From positions 160,001-224,000 of the forward strand of contig CAWKBC010000029.1 in assembly GCA_963847705.1 (NCBI GenBank): a stretch of DNA of 64,000 bases, in the 5' to 3' direction. Of the stretch, positions 52,558-63,924 are shown one piece after another. How positions within the stretch are numbered: the stretch's first letter is position 1; each line of letters begins with the position of its first letter. The notes below the pieces were generated by a model, which was not told where the DNA came from, ran no database searches, and saw only the letters and a list, made by a program, of their open reading frames with translations. Source of the stretch: an uncultured Pseudomonadota bacterium (GTDB lineage Bacteria; Myxococcota_A; Polyangia; Fen-1088). A program made the translations under genes and the position numbers.

Positions 52558-52967
52558 GCGAGGCGAGCGAGGCGAAGCCGTCGCGAGCGAGCCCGTTAGC
52601 GAGGCGAGCGAGGCGAAGCCGTCGCGAGCGAGCCCGTCAGCGGGGCGAGCGACGCGAAGCCGTCGCGAGCGAGCCCGTCAGCGGGGCGAGCAAGGCGAAG
52701 CCGTCGCGAGCGAGCCCGTTAGCGAGGCGAGCGAGGCGAAGCCGATGCGAGCGAGCCCGTTAGCGAGGCGAGCGAGGCGAAGCCGATGCGAGCGAGCCCG
52801 TTAGCGAGGCGAGCGAGGCGAAGCCGTCGCGAGCGAGCCCGTTAGCGAGGCGAGCGAGGCGAAGCCGATGCGAGCGAGCCCGTTAGCGAGGCGAGCGAGG
52901 CGAAGCCGTCGCGAGCGAGCCCGTTAGCGAGGCGAGCGAGGCGAAGCCGATGCGAGCGAGCCCGTTA
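52558..52967. repeat. 41-bp tandem repeat x10 (gcgaggcgagcgaggcgaagccg(tc/at)gcgagcgagcccgtta)
   Basis: Copies every 41 bp from 52558 to 52927. No spacers. Confidence 0.96.
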
Positions 52968-52973
52968 GCGTCC

Positions 52974-54341
52974 CTACGGGGCCTGTAGTTCCCAGCGGCG
53001 CACGAGCACGGACGGGGAGCCGCCCGCGGCCTGGAAGTCGTCCAGGAAATCGTCGGCGGGCGTCCGGCCGGCTTCGGCGTAGGCCAGCAGAGGTGCCAGG
53101 AGCAATGAGTCTTCGGATGTGGCCGGCAACCGTGCGAGACCGAGAGCCGCGATCTTGCAGAGCTCGACCGCCAGCTCGCGCACGGAGCGGCGGCCAAAAC
53201 GCGCCGCCAGCGCGGTCCGCGGCACCTCTCGACGCAGGGCCTCTCGCTCCTCGAACGCATGATCGGCCACCAGCGCGTAGGCGGCGCGGCGCGCCTCTGG
53301 ATCCTCCAGGATGCCGCGCCAGAGGGCACCGAGGCCGCGCGCCATCGGCATCGGCCCGGCGTCGGCGCCGCGCACCTCGATGTAGCGCTTGAGACGCACC
53401 TCGGGGAAGAGCGTCGAGAGGTGGACCTCCCAGTCGGCGATGGTCGCTCGCAGGCCTTGCCACCCTTCGGTCATGAAGCGACGGAAGGTCATCTTGTCGG
53501 CCGGCCGATAGACGCCGTCGCGAACGACGAAGAACATCGGCACGTCCAGCGCCCACTCGACGTAGTCGCGGAAACGGAAGTCGGGCTTGAAGACGAACGG
53601 GAGCAGCCCGCAACGATCGGCGTCGGTCTCCAGCCAGATCGCCGCCCGGTAGCTCTTGAAGCCGCTCGGACGTCCGAGGGCGATCGGCGAGGCGGCGAAG
53701 AGCGCAGTGACGATGGAGGTCACGCCGTAGGCGGTGCGGATCTTTTCGGCCGCGTCGTCCTCGCTGGCGAAGTCGAAGTTGGCCTGGACCGTGGCCGTCA
53801 TCTTCATCATCTGATGCGCGAGGCGGCTCTGGCGGCCGTAGCGGGGGAAATAGTCGCGCATCACCACGTAGCGGCGCTTGGGCAGCCAGGCGATGTCGTC
53901 CGGCGAACCGAAGGGTCGCGACCCCGTGCCGATGAAGCGAATCCCCAGCGGTCGGGCGGCTTCGGCCACTTCTCGCACGTGGGCATCGAGCGCTGCCGCG
54001 CAGTCCGCGGCGGTGAGGAGGGCGCCGCCCGACAGCTCGAGCTGGCCCCCCGGCTCCATGGTGATCCGGTCCCCTTTTCGCGCGAGCGCGATGGCGTGCC
54101 CGTCCTCCCGCGTGGCCTCGAATCCCCGCCCCTCGAGCCGCGCCAGCACCTCGGCCAGGCCGCCCTCACCCTCGTACGGGACCGGGCGGCCGTCGTCCCG
54201 GACGGCGATCTTTTCCTGCTCGATGCCGATCCTGAAGCTGGTCCGATCCTTGGCGCCCGATCGGAAGTACGCAACCAGATCCTCGATCGACAGGGGGGCC
54301 GCGGCCGAGGGGCCGGTCGGAGGAGACAGGGGGCTGGACAT
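52974..54341 (-). CDS. gshA: Glutamate--cysteine ligase (GCS2, plant/alphaproteobacterial type)
   Basis: IGIEQEK, EPGGQLELSG, PKRRY..M, TVQAN.D, HLSTLFPEVRLK.YIE.RGAD. Confidence 0.92.
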   Translation of the reverse strand: MSSPLSPPTGPSAAAPLSIEDLVAYFRSGAKDRTSFRIGIEQEKIAVRDDGRPVPYEGEGGLAEVLARLEGRGFEATREDGHAIALARKGDRITMEPGGQLELSGGALLTAADCAAALDAHVREVAEAARPLGIRFIGTGSRPFGSPDDIAWLPKRRYVVMRDYFPRYGRQSRLAHQMMKMTATVQANFDFASEDDAAEKIRTAYGVTSIVTALFAASPIALGRPSGFKSYRAAIWLETDADRCGLLPFVFKPDFRFRDYVEWALDVPMFFVVRDGVYRPADKMTFRRFMTEGWQGLRATIADWEVHLSTLFPEVRLKRYIEVRGADAGPMPMARGLGALWRGILEDPEARRAAYALVADHAFEEREALRREVPRTALAARFGRRSVRELAVELCKIAALGLARLPATSEDSLLLAPLLAYAEAGRTPADDFLDDFQAAGGSPSVLVRRWELQAP

Positions 54342-54576
54342 CAGGTTGGGGGTTCTGCCGGACGGGGGCCGCCCGAGCGGCCAGGGGCGACTGAAGGGGC
54401 AGCGGAAGGGAGGCGAAGGCTAGCCACCACCCCCTCGATCGTCAATTCCGATTGCGTGACCTCTTCCACATGGCGGAAATGACTCGTGCCCGGGGTCGGC
54501 AACGGATAAAATTGACGGCGGTGGCCCATCGCAGGCACTTATTCGATGACCTAACCTTGTGCCGGGGTTCCTGATT

Positions 54577-54606
54577 TTGGGTGAGTTCACTCTCCCGCCG
54601 TATAAT
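54577..54606 (+). promoter_or_regulatory. Candidate sigma70 promoter
   Basis: Perfect TATAAT at 54601-54606, 26 bp before ATG 54633, in very GC-rich DNA. Weak -35 (TTGGGT). Confidence 0.5.
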
Positions 54607-54632
54607 GGGACGCCGCGCCCCGTCCAACTTCC

Positions 54633-56492
54633 ATGATTCAGCCGTCCAGCCTCTTCGTCGTCGACGCCGACGCGCGCAGCCTCGAGACTCTGACGTTCGG
54701 GTTCGAACGGGAGGGGTGCAAGGTCACTGGCACCTCCGATCTGAAGCGGGCGACCCTCCTGGTCCGCTCGGCCGGGGCGGAGGTGGCCGTCGTCTCGCTC
54801 CGGGAGCCAGAGCCGTCGTCGCTGGAGGTGGTGAGCTCCCTGCGCGAGATCGCCAAGGACCTTCCCATCGTGGTGCTCGGGCCGCAGGGGTCCAAGGCGG
54901 ACGCGCTGCGGGCCGGCGCGGCCGACTTTTTGACCCTTCCGACCTATCTGCGCGACGTGATCGGCGTGGGGAAGCTGAGCGCGCTCGGAAGCAAGGCGGG
55001 GCACGCGCCGGATGCCGAGGGCTCGAGCGAGCTGCAGACGCGCCTCTCGGAGCACTACGGCCTCTTCTATCTGCTGCGCGCCATGGCGTCGTCGGAGCGC
55101 TCGGGGATCCTCGCTCTGACCCGCGGGAACCGACGGGCGGAGCTGCGCATCCACGAAGGGACCGTCGTCTCGGCCAGCGTGGGGGCGATGCAGGGGCTCC
55201 CGGCGCTGCATCACCTCCTGCTGTGGGAAGAGGCGGCCCTCACCCTCACCCGTCGCGCCATCCCCAAGCGCAGCCAGCTGCATCTGTCGGCGCAGGAGAT
55301 CCTCGACGAATGCGAACGGTTCCTGCGCGACTTCGCCCACGCGGCCCGTGACCTTGGCTCGCCGCGCACGCTCTATGCGGCGGCCGGTGAACCCACGGCG
55401 GAGCTGCGGGGCTTGCAACCGAGCCAGGTGACCCCGCTCCTCCGTCTGTTCGACGGACGCCGGGTGCTGGCCGACGTCATCGAGGAGAGCCCGTTCCGCA
55501 TCTTCGACACCGTCCGCATGATCCGCCGGCTGCGCGACGGCGGCATGCTGGTCGTTCGGCCCGACGAGCCGAGCCCGGAGCGCAGGGACACGCGCACCGG
55601 CGCCGAATCGGGCGGCGCCCGCAAGAACGGAACGCCGAAGTCGATGCTGGCCGAGTGGGCGATGGTCCCCGATCAGCGCGGCGTGGTCGGCGACCGCCGG
55701 ACCACCAGCCGTCGGCTCCGGCCTCTGGAGGCCAAGGCGCCGGCGCCCACGCCGATCCCGCTCACGACCAAGAAGGGGGCGAGCGCCACCGGCGAGATCG
55801 CTGCCGCCAAGCGGAAGCCGACGCCCGCCACCGCATCGGCCAGCTTTCTGGCGGTGGCACCGACGGTCCAGGTGCAGCTCGACGCGAACGGCGTGCCCGT
55901 CGGTCAGCCGCTGGTGGCATCCAATCCCTCGTCCTTCCCCTCGGAGAGAACGCCGCCGCCGATCCGCGCCCGCGCTCCGAGCGGCCGGTTCGCCCAGGTC
56001 GAGGACGCGCCGCCGTCTCGCAGGAGCGAGCCAAGAAACGAGCCGACGCCGCTGCCCGCTCGCACCCGCAGCGGCCGGCTCCCTTCGCTCGAGGACGCGC
56101 TGCCGTTCCCCAATCCCGAGGCGAAGCCCCAGCCGAAGCTCGAGGCGAAGCTCGACCCCAAGGGCGAGCCGACCCTCCTGCCCGTTCGTGCCCGCAGTGG
56201 CAGCGGGCGCCTGCCCCCGCTCGAGGACGCGCCCCAACCCAGGAACGAGCGGACTTCCGAACGGACTTCCGACCGGACTTCCGAACGGACCTCCGACCGG
56301 ACTTCCGACCGGACGCCCCGCCCGCGCAGGATCAGCAGCGACGGAAAGACCATCGCGCCGGACGAGTTCGACGCCATCGAGTCCGACTTCTTCGCGCGCG
56401 AGGCGGATCTCTACAAGCGCGAGGCGCTGGAGACCTTCGACGATCTCGATCCCATCGCGGGCCTGCCAGGCCGCCGTCCCCCCAAGAAGTAG
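54633..56492 (+). CDS. Atypical receiver + DUF4388 (PATAN-like) domain protein with a long disordered tail
   Basis: LFVVDAD..., ALRAGAADFL receiver fold lacking the phospho-Asp (VVSL). LL.AM....RSG.L.L.RG...AEL...EG.V..A. Confidence 0.75.
   Translation: MIQPSSLFVVDADARSLETLTFGFEREGCKVTGTSDLKRATLLVRSAGAEVAVVSLREPEPSSLEVVSSLREIAKDLPIVVLGPQGSKADALRAGAADFLTLPTYLRDVIGVGKLSALGSKAGHAPDAEGSSELQTRLSEHYGLFYLLRAMASSERSGILALTRGNRRAELRIHEGTVVSASVGAMQGLPALHHLLLWEEAALTLTRRAIPKRSQLHLSAQEILDECERFLRDFAHAARDLGSPRTLYAAAGEPTAELRGLQPSQVTPLLRLFDGRRVLADVIEESPFRIFDTVRMIRRLRDGGMLVVRPDEPSPERRDTRTGAESGGARKNGTPKSMLAEWAMVPDQRGVVGDRRTTSRRLRPLEAKAPAPTPIPLTTKKGASATGEIAAAKRKPTPATASASFLAVAPTVQVQLDANGVPVGQPLVASNPSSFPSERTPPPIRARAPSGRFAQVEDAPPSRRSEPRNEPTPLPARTRSGRLPSLEDALPFPNPEAKPQPKLEAKLDPKGEPTLLPVRARSGSGRLPPLEDAPQPRNERTSERTSDRTSERTSDRTSDRTPRPRRISSDGKTIAPDEFDAIESDFFAREADLYKREALETFDDLDPIAGLPGRRPPKK
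56247..56315 (+). repeat. 12-bp in-frame tandem repeat (~6 copies) encoding (E/D)RTS
   Basis: ga(a/c/g)cggac(t/c)tcc units. Confidence 0.9.
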
Positions 56493-56501
56493 GGCGCGCC
56501 G

Positions 56502-57164
56502 TCAGCTTTTCCAGATCAGATCGACGCGACCGATCGGGCTGGCGAACCTGAGCGTCAGCGAGCCAGACCTCACGCCCGCGAAGTCGCCGCCCGGCGCCGG
56601 CATGATGAAGCGGACGCTGTAGGTCTTGGTGAACGGCGTCTTGGCCGGAAAAAACTCGCGCTCGTAGGCGTCGGGGAGCTTCTCGATGCGCACCCGCTCC
56701 GAAGGGAGCTCGTGCCCGAGCGCGTCCAACAGAGTGACCCGCCAGGGGGTGCTGGCCTTCTCCAGATCGTTCCAGTCGTAGTTCGCGCTCTGGGCGGTGA
56801 CGTGAAACTCGAAGGCCTGGCGGTTGGCCTCCTGCTGGGCCTCGCGGAGCTCGACCCGCTTGGCGTCCGAGAGACTGTAGATCGAGGCGTACTTCTCGAT
56901 GTACGCCTCGCGAAAGTCCCAGCTCTTGAAGGTGGCCCAGACCTCCAGCGACTTGTCGACGATCTGCTCGGTGGCGTAGTCGTGGCGGGTCCAGCGCTCG
57001 TAGACCCCGTTGTAGTCGTTGGGAAGATAGTCACGGGGCGTCTCGGAAAAATCGACGCGCACCTGCTTCTGCGTCGCGCAGCTGGCGCCCAGCGCAAGAG
57101 TGACCGCGAGAGCGAGGAACCAGGTCCGCGCCCATCCGCCCACCCGCAACCCCACCCCCGTCAT
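56502..57164 (-). CDS. Hypothetical lipoprotein
   Basis: Lipobox GASC; coupled to the pyrE stop. Confidence 0.75.
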   Translation of the reverse strand: MTGVGLRVGGWARTWFLALAVTLALGASCATQKQVRVDFSETPRDYLPNDYNGVYERWTRHDYATEQIVDKSLEVWATFKSWDFREAYIEKYASIYSLSDAKRVELREAQQEANRQAFEFHVTAQSANYDWNDLEKASTPWRVTLLDALGHELPSERVRIEKLPDAYEREFFPAKTPFTKTYSVRFIMPAPGGDFAGVRSGSLTLRFASPIGRVDLIWKS

Positions 57165-57733
57165 CGCAGGAAGTCTTGGCGGCGAAACAGAGTGACGAGC
57201 GGCGCTTCCTTCTCCAAGGTTTCCCGCCCCCCTTCGTCCCGATCGACCAACCCGAGGATGATCGCCACCTTGAGCCCATGCTCGCGCGCGCGGGCGATCG
57301 CCTTCAGCGCGGAGCCGCCGGTGGTGACGACGTCCTCGAGGATCGCCACCGGCATCCCGGGACGCAGCGACTTCGTCCCCTCGATCCAGGCCGCCGTGCC
57401 GTGCCCTTTGGCCTCCTTGCGCACGTAGAACGCCGGGAGCGGACGGCCGGCCACGTAGCTCAGCGTCGAGACCGCCGAGGCGAGCGGATCGGCCCCCATG
57501 GTGACGCCGCCGATCGCTTCGACCTCGGGCGCCTGGGTGGCCAGAATGCGCCCGAAGAGGCTGCCCACCAGGAAGTGTCCCTCGGCGGTCAGCACCGTCT
57601 GCTTGCAGTCGATGTAGAAGTTGCTCTTCGCCCCCGACGCCAGCGTGACCTCGCGCTCCTCGTACGAGAGCCGGGTCATGAGCGCGAGGAGCCGCTTTCG
57701 GTTCTCCTCGAAGAGCTCCGCGCCGATCGACAT
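57161..57733 (-). CDS. pyrE: Orotate phosphoribosyltransferase
   Basis: LASG.KS.FYIDCK, GG.TMGADP, VRKEAKGHG, EDVVTTGGS. Confidence 0.95.
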   Translation of the reverse strand: MSIGAELFEENRKRLLALMTRLSYEEREVTLASGAKSNFYIDCKQTVLTAEGHFLVGSLFGRILATQAPEVEAIGGVTMGADPLASAVSTLSYVAGRPLPAFYVRKEAKGHGTAAWIEGTKSLRPGMPVAILEDVVTTGGSALKAIARAREHGLKVAIILGLVDRDEGGRETLEKEAPLVTLFRRQDFLR

Positions 57734-57744
57734 CGCGGTGACTC

Positions 57745-58479
57745 CTAGAGCCCTTCGAGCGGATCGTTGCTGACGTCGCGCTTGCCGACGTTCTTGACCT
57801 TCGTCGTCGCCGTCGAGTCCGACTTCGAGCCGCTGTGCGACGGGCGGGAATGCGTCTGCGTTTGCGACTGCGCCTGGGCCCGCGCGGTGGCAGCGTCGGC
57901 CCGGATCTTCGCCCGCTCTTCCTCGCTCTTCGCGCTGGCGAGCTTGTCGTTCATGTCCTTCTGGATGGCCGCCATCTTGGACTCGAACTCGGCCTGCGCC
58001 CGCTTCGCCTCGGCGCGGGCGGCGTCCAGCTGCGCCTGCGCGACAGCCTGCTCGGCCTGGTGCTGGGTGTACATCTTGTAGCCGAGGCCACCGCCGACGG
58101 CGATCAGGATGACCGCCACCGTCACCACCGCCTTGACCGGCGAGCTGCGCGCCTTGGCGTGCACCTCGAGGCGCATCCGCTCCTCGTGGATGCGCATCTC
58201 ACCTTCGACCCGCGCCCGTCGCTCGGCCTCCTGCAGGCGCATCTGGTCCTCACGCACCCTCGCCTGTTGTTCCTCTTCGGCGCGGCGGATCCGTTCGGCC
58301 TCTTCGCGATGGCGGCGCTCCTCCGCCTCACGGGCGGCGCGCTCCGCCGCCTCCTTCGCGGCACGCTCCGACTCGCGGCGCGCGGCAAGCTCGTCCTGCT
58401 CCAGGCGGACGCGATCGTCCTCGATCCGACGCAGCTCCTTCAGCGAAAACAGAACCGAATTCTCACGTCGATCGGACAT
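57745..58479 (-). CDS. Bitopic coiled-coil membrane protein with an N-terminal ENSVLFSL motif
   Basis: MSDRRENSVLFSLKEL, charged coiled coil, one TM, second coiled coil. Confidence 0.75.
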   Translation of the reverse strand: MSDRRENSVLFSLKELRRIEDDRVRLEQDELAARRESERAAKEAAERAAREAEERRHREEAERIRRAEEEQQARVREDQMRLQEAERRARVEGEMRIHEERMRLEVHAKARSSPVKAVVTVAVILIAVGGGLGYKMYTQHQAEQAVAQAQLDAARAEAKRAQAEFESKMAAIQKDMNDKLASAKSEEERAKIRADAATARAQAQSQTQTHSRPSHSGSKSDSTATTKVKNVGKRDVSNDPLEGL

Positions 58480-58562
58480 GGGCCCTTTCCTGGTAACACG
58501 AATTGTCCGGCGCTTCAATCCACGCCACGCTGGCGCGCCGGCGTTCGGCAAGCACCGAGATC

Positions 58563-59090
58563 CTACTTGAACTGCGCCAGAAGCTTGTCGATGGCGGCGT
58601 TGTCGCGGCCGCCCTTGGCGGCCGACTTCTTGTCGTCGCCCGATCCCTTGGCAGCGACCGCGTCGCCGCCCTTGCCCTTCCCCTTCGCGCCCGCTTTGCC
58701 GCCGTGGTGGTGGTGATGACCGCTGGAGGCGTCGGCCACGGCCGTCTTCGAGCCATCCGCCGGATGAGCCTTGGCCGCCGCGGCGGCCAGCTTGGCCGCC
58801 TCGATCTTGGCCGCCGCGTCTGCCTTCGCGGCTGCCTCCTTGGCGGCCGCTTCGGCGACACGCGCCTTGGCGGCCTCGATGGCCGCGTTGGCCTCGGCGG
58901 TCCGGGCGGCGATGAGCGCGTCGCGCTGCTGTTCAGCCGCCAGCTGTGCGGCGTGCCGTTTCCACATCGCGCCGCAGAGGATCACCGTCGAGACCAACAG
59001 CAGGGCACCGACGATCGCGACCGCCTTGACGGCGGGGTGCGCGCTCTCCGACGGGATGTCGAATTTCGGAAGCACCACTTTCTCGCTCAT
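58563..59090 (-). CDS. Small bitopic Ala/Lys-rich protein
   Basis: GGAG RBS, single TM, Ala-rich helix, His5, C-terminal IDKLLAQFK. Confidence 0.7.
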   Translation of the reverse strand: MSEKVVLPKFDIPSESAHPAVKAVAIVGALLLVSTVILCGAMWKRHAAQLAAEQQRDALIAARTAEANAAIEAAKARVAEAAAKEAAAKADAAAKIEAAKLAAAAAKAHPADGSKTAVADASSGHHHHHGGKAGAKGKGKGGDAVAAKGSGDDKKSAAKGGRDNAAIDKLLAQFK

Positions 59091-59411
59091 CGCAAATCCG
59101 CTCCTTTGAACTACTTCTGGACCGCGCGCAGCCGCGTTCCGGGGGAATTTCATTCTAAGTGGTGGAAAAATCACATGCAACCGATTACCGGCGGCTCAGC
59201 TTTCGGCAGATCCGGCCGGCGACCGCCCCTCCTTTTTTCCTCTGGGGCATCCGTTCGCGCACACCTTCGTTCACCCCTTCGGGTCCACCCACGTTGCCCG
59301 TCGGTCGTCGGAAAACGGCGGTCGTGACCCTCAGGACGCTTTGCGCGTCCGCGGCGGCGCGCTATGTTGGCCGCCGTCCAGACTAATTTCCGGTGCAGGA
59401 ACGCCGGCCTG

Positions 59412-60149
59412 ATGGCCCACTACGTCGATCTCCACGCCCACTATCTCCCCGCCCTCGACGACGGCGCGACCGACCGACAGATGTCGCTGCAGATGGTCCG
59501 GGCGGTCGCCGCGCTGGGGTTCTCCGACCTCTATGCCACGCCGCACCAACGGGCGGGGATGTTCATGCCGGCCCGGGCGGCGATCGACGCCGCCTTCACG
59601 ACCGCCAAGGAAGACGCGGCCACCGCCGGCGTAGGCGCGACGCTCGGCCTCGGCGCCGAGAACTTCTGGGACACGGTCCTGCACGATCGGCTGCGCCTGC
59701 GCGCCGTCCCGTCATACGGCGGGGGTGCCGCATTCCTGTTCGAGGTCGGAACGCAGATGATGCCGACGGGGATCGAAAACGAGCTGTTTCAACTGCGCGT
59801 CAATGGCTACCTGCCGGTGATGGCCCACCCCGAGCGCTACCTGCCGGTCCAGCGAGATCTGGCGCTGGCAGAACGCCTCGCGCGCCACGCGGCGCTGATG
59901 GTGGATCTCGGAGCGCTCGACGGCGCCCACGGCAAGCAGGAGATGAAGACGGCGCGCAAGCTGGTGCTGGAAGGGCTGGCGACTGCGGCCGCCTCCGACA
60001 TCCACCGGCCCGAGGACCAGACCTCGGTGGCGGCCGGGATGGCCTGGATCCGCAAGCAGCTGGGCGACGGCGCGCTCACCACGATGCTGGACGAGAACCC
60101 ACGCCGCATGCTGGCCGGCGAGCTGCCGGAAACCCCCAGGTCCCCATGA
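59412..60149 (+). CDS. CpsB/CapC-like PHP-family protein tyrosine phosphatase
   Basis: VDLHAHYLPALDDGA, ATPH, PVMAHPERY, ASDIH. Confidence 0.9.
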   Translation: MAHYVDLHAHYLPALDDGATDRQMSLQMVRAVAALGFSDLYATPHQRAGMFMPARAAIDAAFTTAKEDAATAGVGATLGLGAENFWDTVLHDRLRLRAVPSYGGGAAFLFEVGTQMMPTGIENELFQLRVNGYLPVMAHPERYLPVQRDLALAERLARHAALMVDLGALDGAHGKQEMKTARKLVLEGLATAAASDIHRPEDQTSVAAGMAWIRKQLGDGALTTMLDENPRRMLAGELPETPRSP

Positions 60150-61201
60150 GCCGGCGTCTCTTCGTTCAGGGGTTTCTCTCGCTGGTGGTCGGCGGCGTGT
60201 GCGTCGTCTACGCCGTGCACGGAATGGACGGGCACGCGGTGCTCGGGGCGCTGCGCGCGCTGGCCCCCTCGGCGGTGGCGCTCTACCTCGGGACCATGGT
60301 GGTGACGCATCTGTTCCGCACACTGCGCTGGGAGTACCTCCTGCGCGCGCTCGGGACCTCGCTGCCGTTTCGCCGTCTCCTGCCGATCTCGTCGGTGGGC
60401 TTCATGGCGATCCTGGCGCTGCCGGTCCGCCTCGGCGAGTTCGTGCGCCCCTACCTGGTGGCGCGCGAGCGCCACGTCCGGATGAGCACCATGGTGGGCG
60501 CCGTGGCGGTCGAGCGGATCGTCGACGGCCTCCTGATCTCGATCCTCTTCTTCGGCGCTTACCTGGCCTCGGCGGGCGATCTGTTCTCCTCGCAGCTGCG
60601 CGCCGCGGCCTGGCTGTCGCTGATCGGCTTCGTCGGGCTGACGACGTTCCTGATCCTGGCGCAGCTCTGGACCGATCGCACGATCGCCATCGCGCTCCGG
60701 CTGACGCTGGTGCAGTGGCTGGCGCCGTCCCGCGCGCCCGCGATCGACGAGAAGCTGCGCGCCCTGATCTCGGGCTTTCGCGCCCTGGCCGATCGCCGGA
60801 ACTTCTCCATCTTCCTGGTCCAGTCGGTGATCTACTGGGCCTCGACCGGGGTCGGGATGTGGATCCTGGCGCGCCACATGAACCTGCCGATCTCGCTGGG
60901 CGCCGCCTTCGTCATCATGGCGTTCACCGGCGTGGTGCTCAGCTTGCCGAACGCGCCGGGCCTGGTTGGCCAGTTCCACGCCGCGATCAAGATGGGGCTC
61001 ACCGCCTACGTGCCGGCCGCCGTGGTCAACTCGAACGGGATGGCTTATGCCATCGTGCTTCACGGCCTCCAGACGCTCTGGTACATCAGCGCTGGGCTGC
61101 TCTCGCTGCCGGCCCTTTCGCGCGCGGGCGTTCACGTCTCGTTGCGGGACGCCGTCCGCGAATCGACCCACGCAGCCGAGGTCGAAGAGGGGTTGAGCTA
61201 G
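60146..61201 (+). CDS. Lysylphosphatidylglycerol-synthase TM-domain (flippase-like, UPF0104) protein
   Basis: R..RW.YLL, LP.RLGE..R, ERI.DG, P.APG..G.FH, multiple TMs. Confidence 0.85.
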   Translation: MSRRLFVQGFLSLVVGGVCVVYAVHGMDGHAVLGALRALAPSAVALYLGTMVVTHLFRTLRWEYLLRALGTSLPFRRLLPISSVGFMAILALPVRLGEFVRPYLVARERHVRMSTMVGAVAVERIVDGLLISILFFGAYLASAGDLFSSQLRAAAWLSLIGFVGLTTFLILAQLWTDRTIAIALRLTLVQWLAPSRAPAIDEKLRALISGFRALADRRNFSIFLVQSVIYWASTGVGMWILARHMNLPISLGAAFVIMAFTGVVLSLPNAPGLVGQFHAAIKMGLTAYVPAAVVNSNGMAYAIVLHGLQTLWYISAGLLSLPALSRAGVHVSLRDAVRESTHAAEVEEGLS

Positions 61202-61207
61202 AGCGAG

Positions 61208-61429
61208 CTACACCGGCGTCAGCTCGAGGAGCGGCGCCCCCTCCTCGATCGACGCCCCCTCTTTCGCCAGGATCGCCGCCACCGTCCCGGCCGCCGGGGA
61301 TTCGACCGGCATCTCCATCTTCATCGACTCGAGGATGGCGACGGTCTCTCCCTCGGCGACGGCGTCGCCGACCTTCACGTTGATCTTCCAGACCGTCCCG
61401 GTGATGTGAGCGTTCACGCTGATCGCCAT
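61208..61429 (-). CDS. Stand-alone biotinyl/lipoyl carrier protein
   Basis: ILESMKME motif, 73 aa. Confidence 0.88.
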   Translation of the reverse strand: MAISVNAHITGTVWKINVKVGDAVAEGETVAILESMKMEMPVESPAAGTVAAILAKEGASIEEGAPLLELTPV

Positions 61430-61462
61430 GTCCGAGCAGGGTAGGAACCAGCCGCCGCGCCG

Positions 61463-62158
61463 TCAAGCCACCGGCGGGGACACCGGAGTCGGGCTGGGCA
61501 TCGAGGCGCGCATGTGAAACGCCAGCTCCTGGTCTCGGTAGCGGTGCGCCGGGCCTCGCACGCAGGCGATTCGCGCCACGCACGACAGCCGGCAGGGCGC
61601 GGCGACCAGGCGGCGCGCGTGACAGGCGACGACGTCGAATCCCGCGCGCGCCACCGCGCCGGCCGGGCAAGCGGCGACGCAGGGAGCGTCGCACCCCGCG
61701 CATCCGTCGCCGGGCGGCGGCGCCGGCGGCAGCGCGCGATCGAGGACGACCAGCCCGCGGTAGGCCCACCAGGGCCCGAACGTGGGGTGAATCTGCAGCC
61801 CGAGCGGCCCCGGCCCGCCGAGACCGGCGGCGAGACCCAGGCGTTGAAACGGGATCAGCGGCCGCACGCCAAAGGGAAAGTGCACGACGTGGGCGGAGCC
61901 GCGCGGATCGAGCGCCTCGCGCGCGGCGCGGGTGACCACGCGCTCGGTGTAGCGGTCGAGCGGATGGGGCGCGCCGTCGCTGGCCTCGGGCCCACCCTCG
62001 AAGCGATCGAAGAACGTCGGCCCGCCCGAACCGACGATGAGCGCGCCGGCCGCGCCGGCCAGCAGCTCCTCGAGAGCGAGCGGCGCCGCGGCGACGTCGA
62101 ACGCCGCCCGCGTGAGCGGGAGAGAGATGTTCAGGCCCAGCTCGGCCAACGGACGCAC
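61463..62158 (-). CDS. QueG/MMACHC-like protein with a Cys cluster (putative Fe-S/cobalamin-related)
   Basis: HPLDRY, PFQRL, LQIHPTFGPWWAYRG, C..C.APC..ACP, C.AR.AC. Start uncertain. Confidence 0.65.
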   Translation of the reverse strand: MRPLAELGLNISLPLTRAAFDVAAAPLALEELLAGAAGALIVGSGGPTFFDRFEGGPEASDGAPHPLDRYTERVVTRAAREALDPRGSAHVVHFPFGVRPLIPFQRLGLAAGLGGPGPLGLQIHPTFGPWWAYRGLVVLDRALPPAPPPGDGCAGCDAPCVAACPAGAVARAGFDVVACHARRLVAAPCRLSCVARIACVRGPAHRYRDQELAFHMRASMPSPTPVSPPVA

Positions 62159-62220
62159 CAGCGCCGTCAGCAGATCGTCGGATGAACCGCTTTCCGACGT
62201 CTGCGACGTTTGACTCGCTC

Positions 62221-63924
<1,704 letters not shown>

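Noticed and set aside
52558-52967. CRISPR array
   Set aside because: 41-bp units are directly adjacent with no unique spacers, and there are no cas genes in the window
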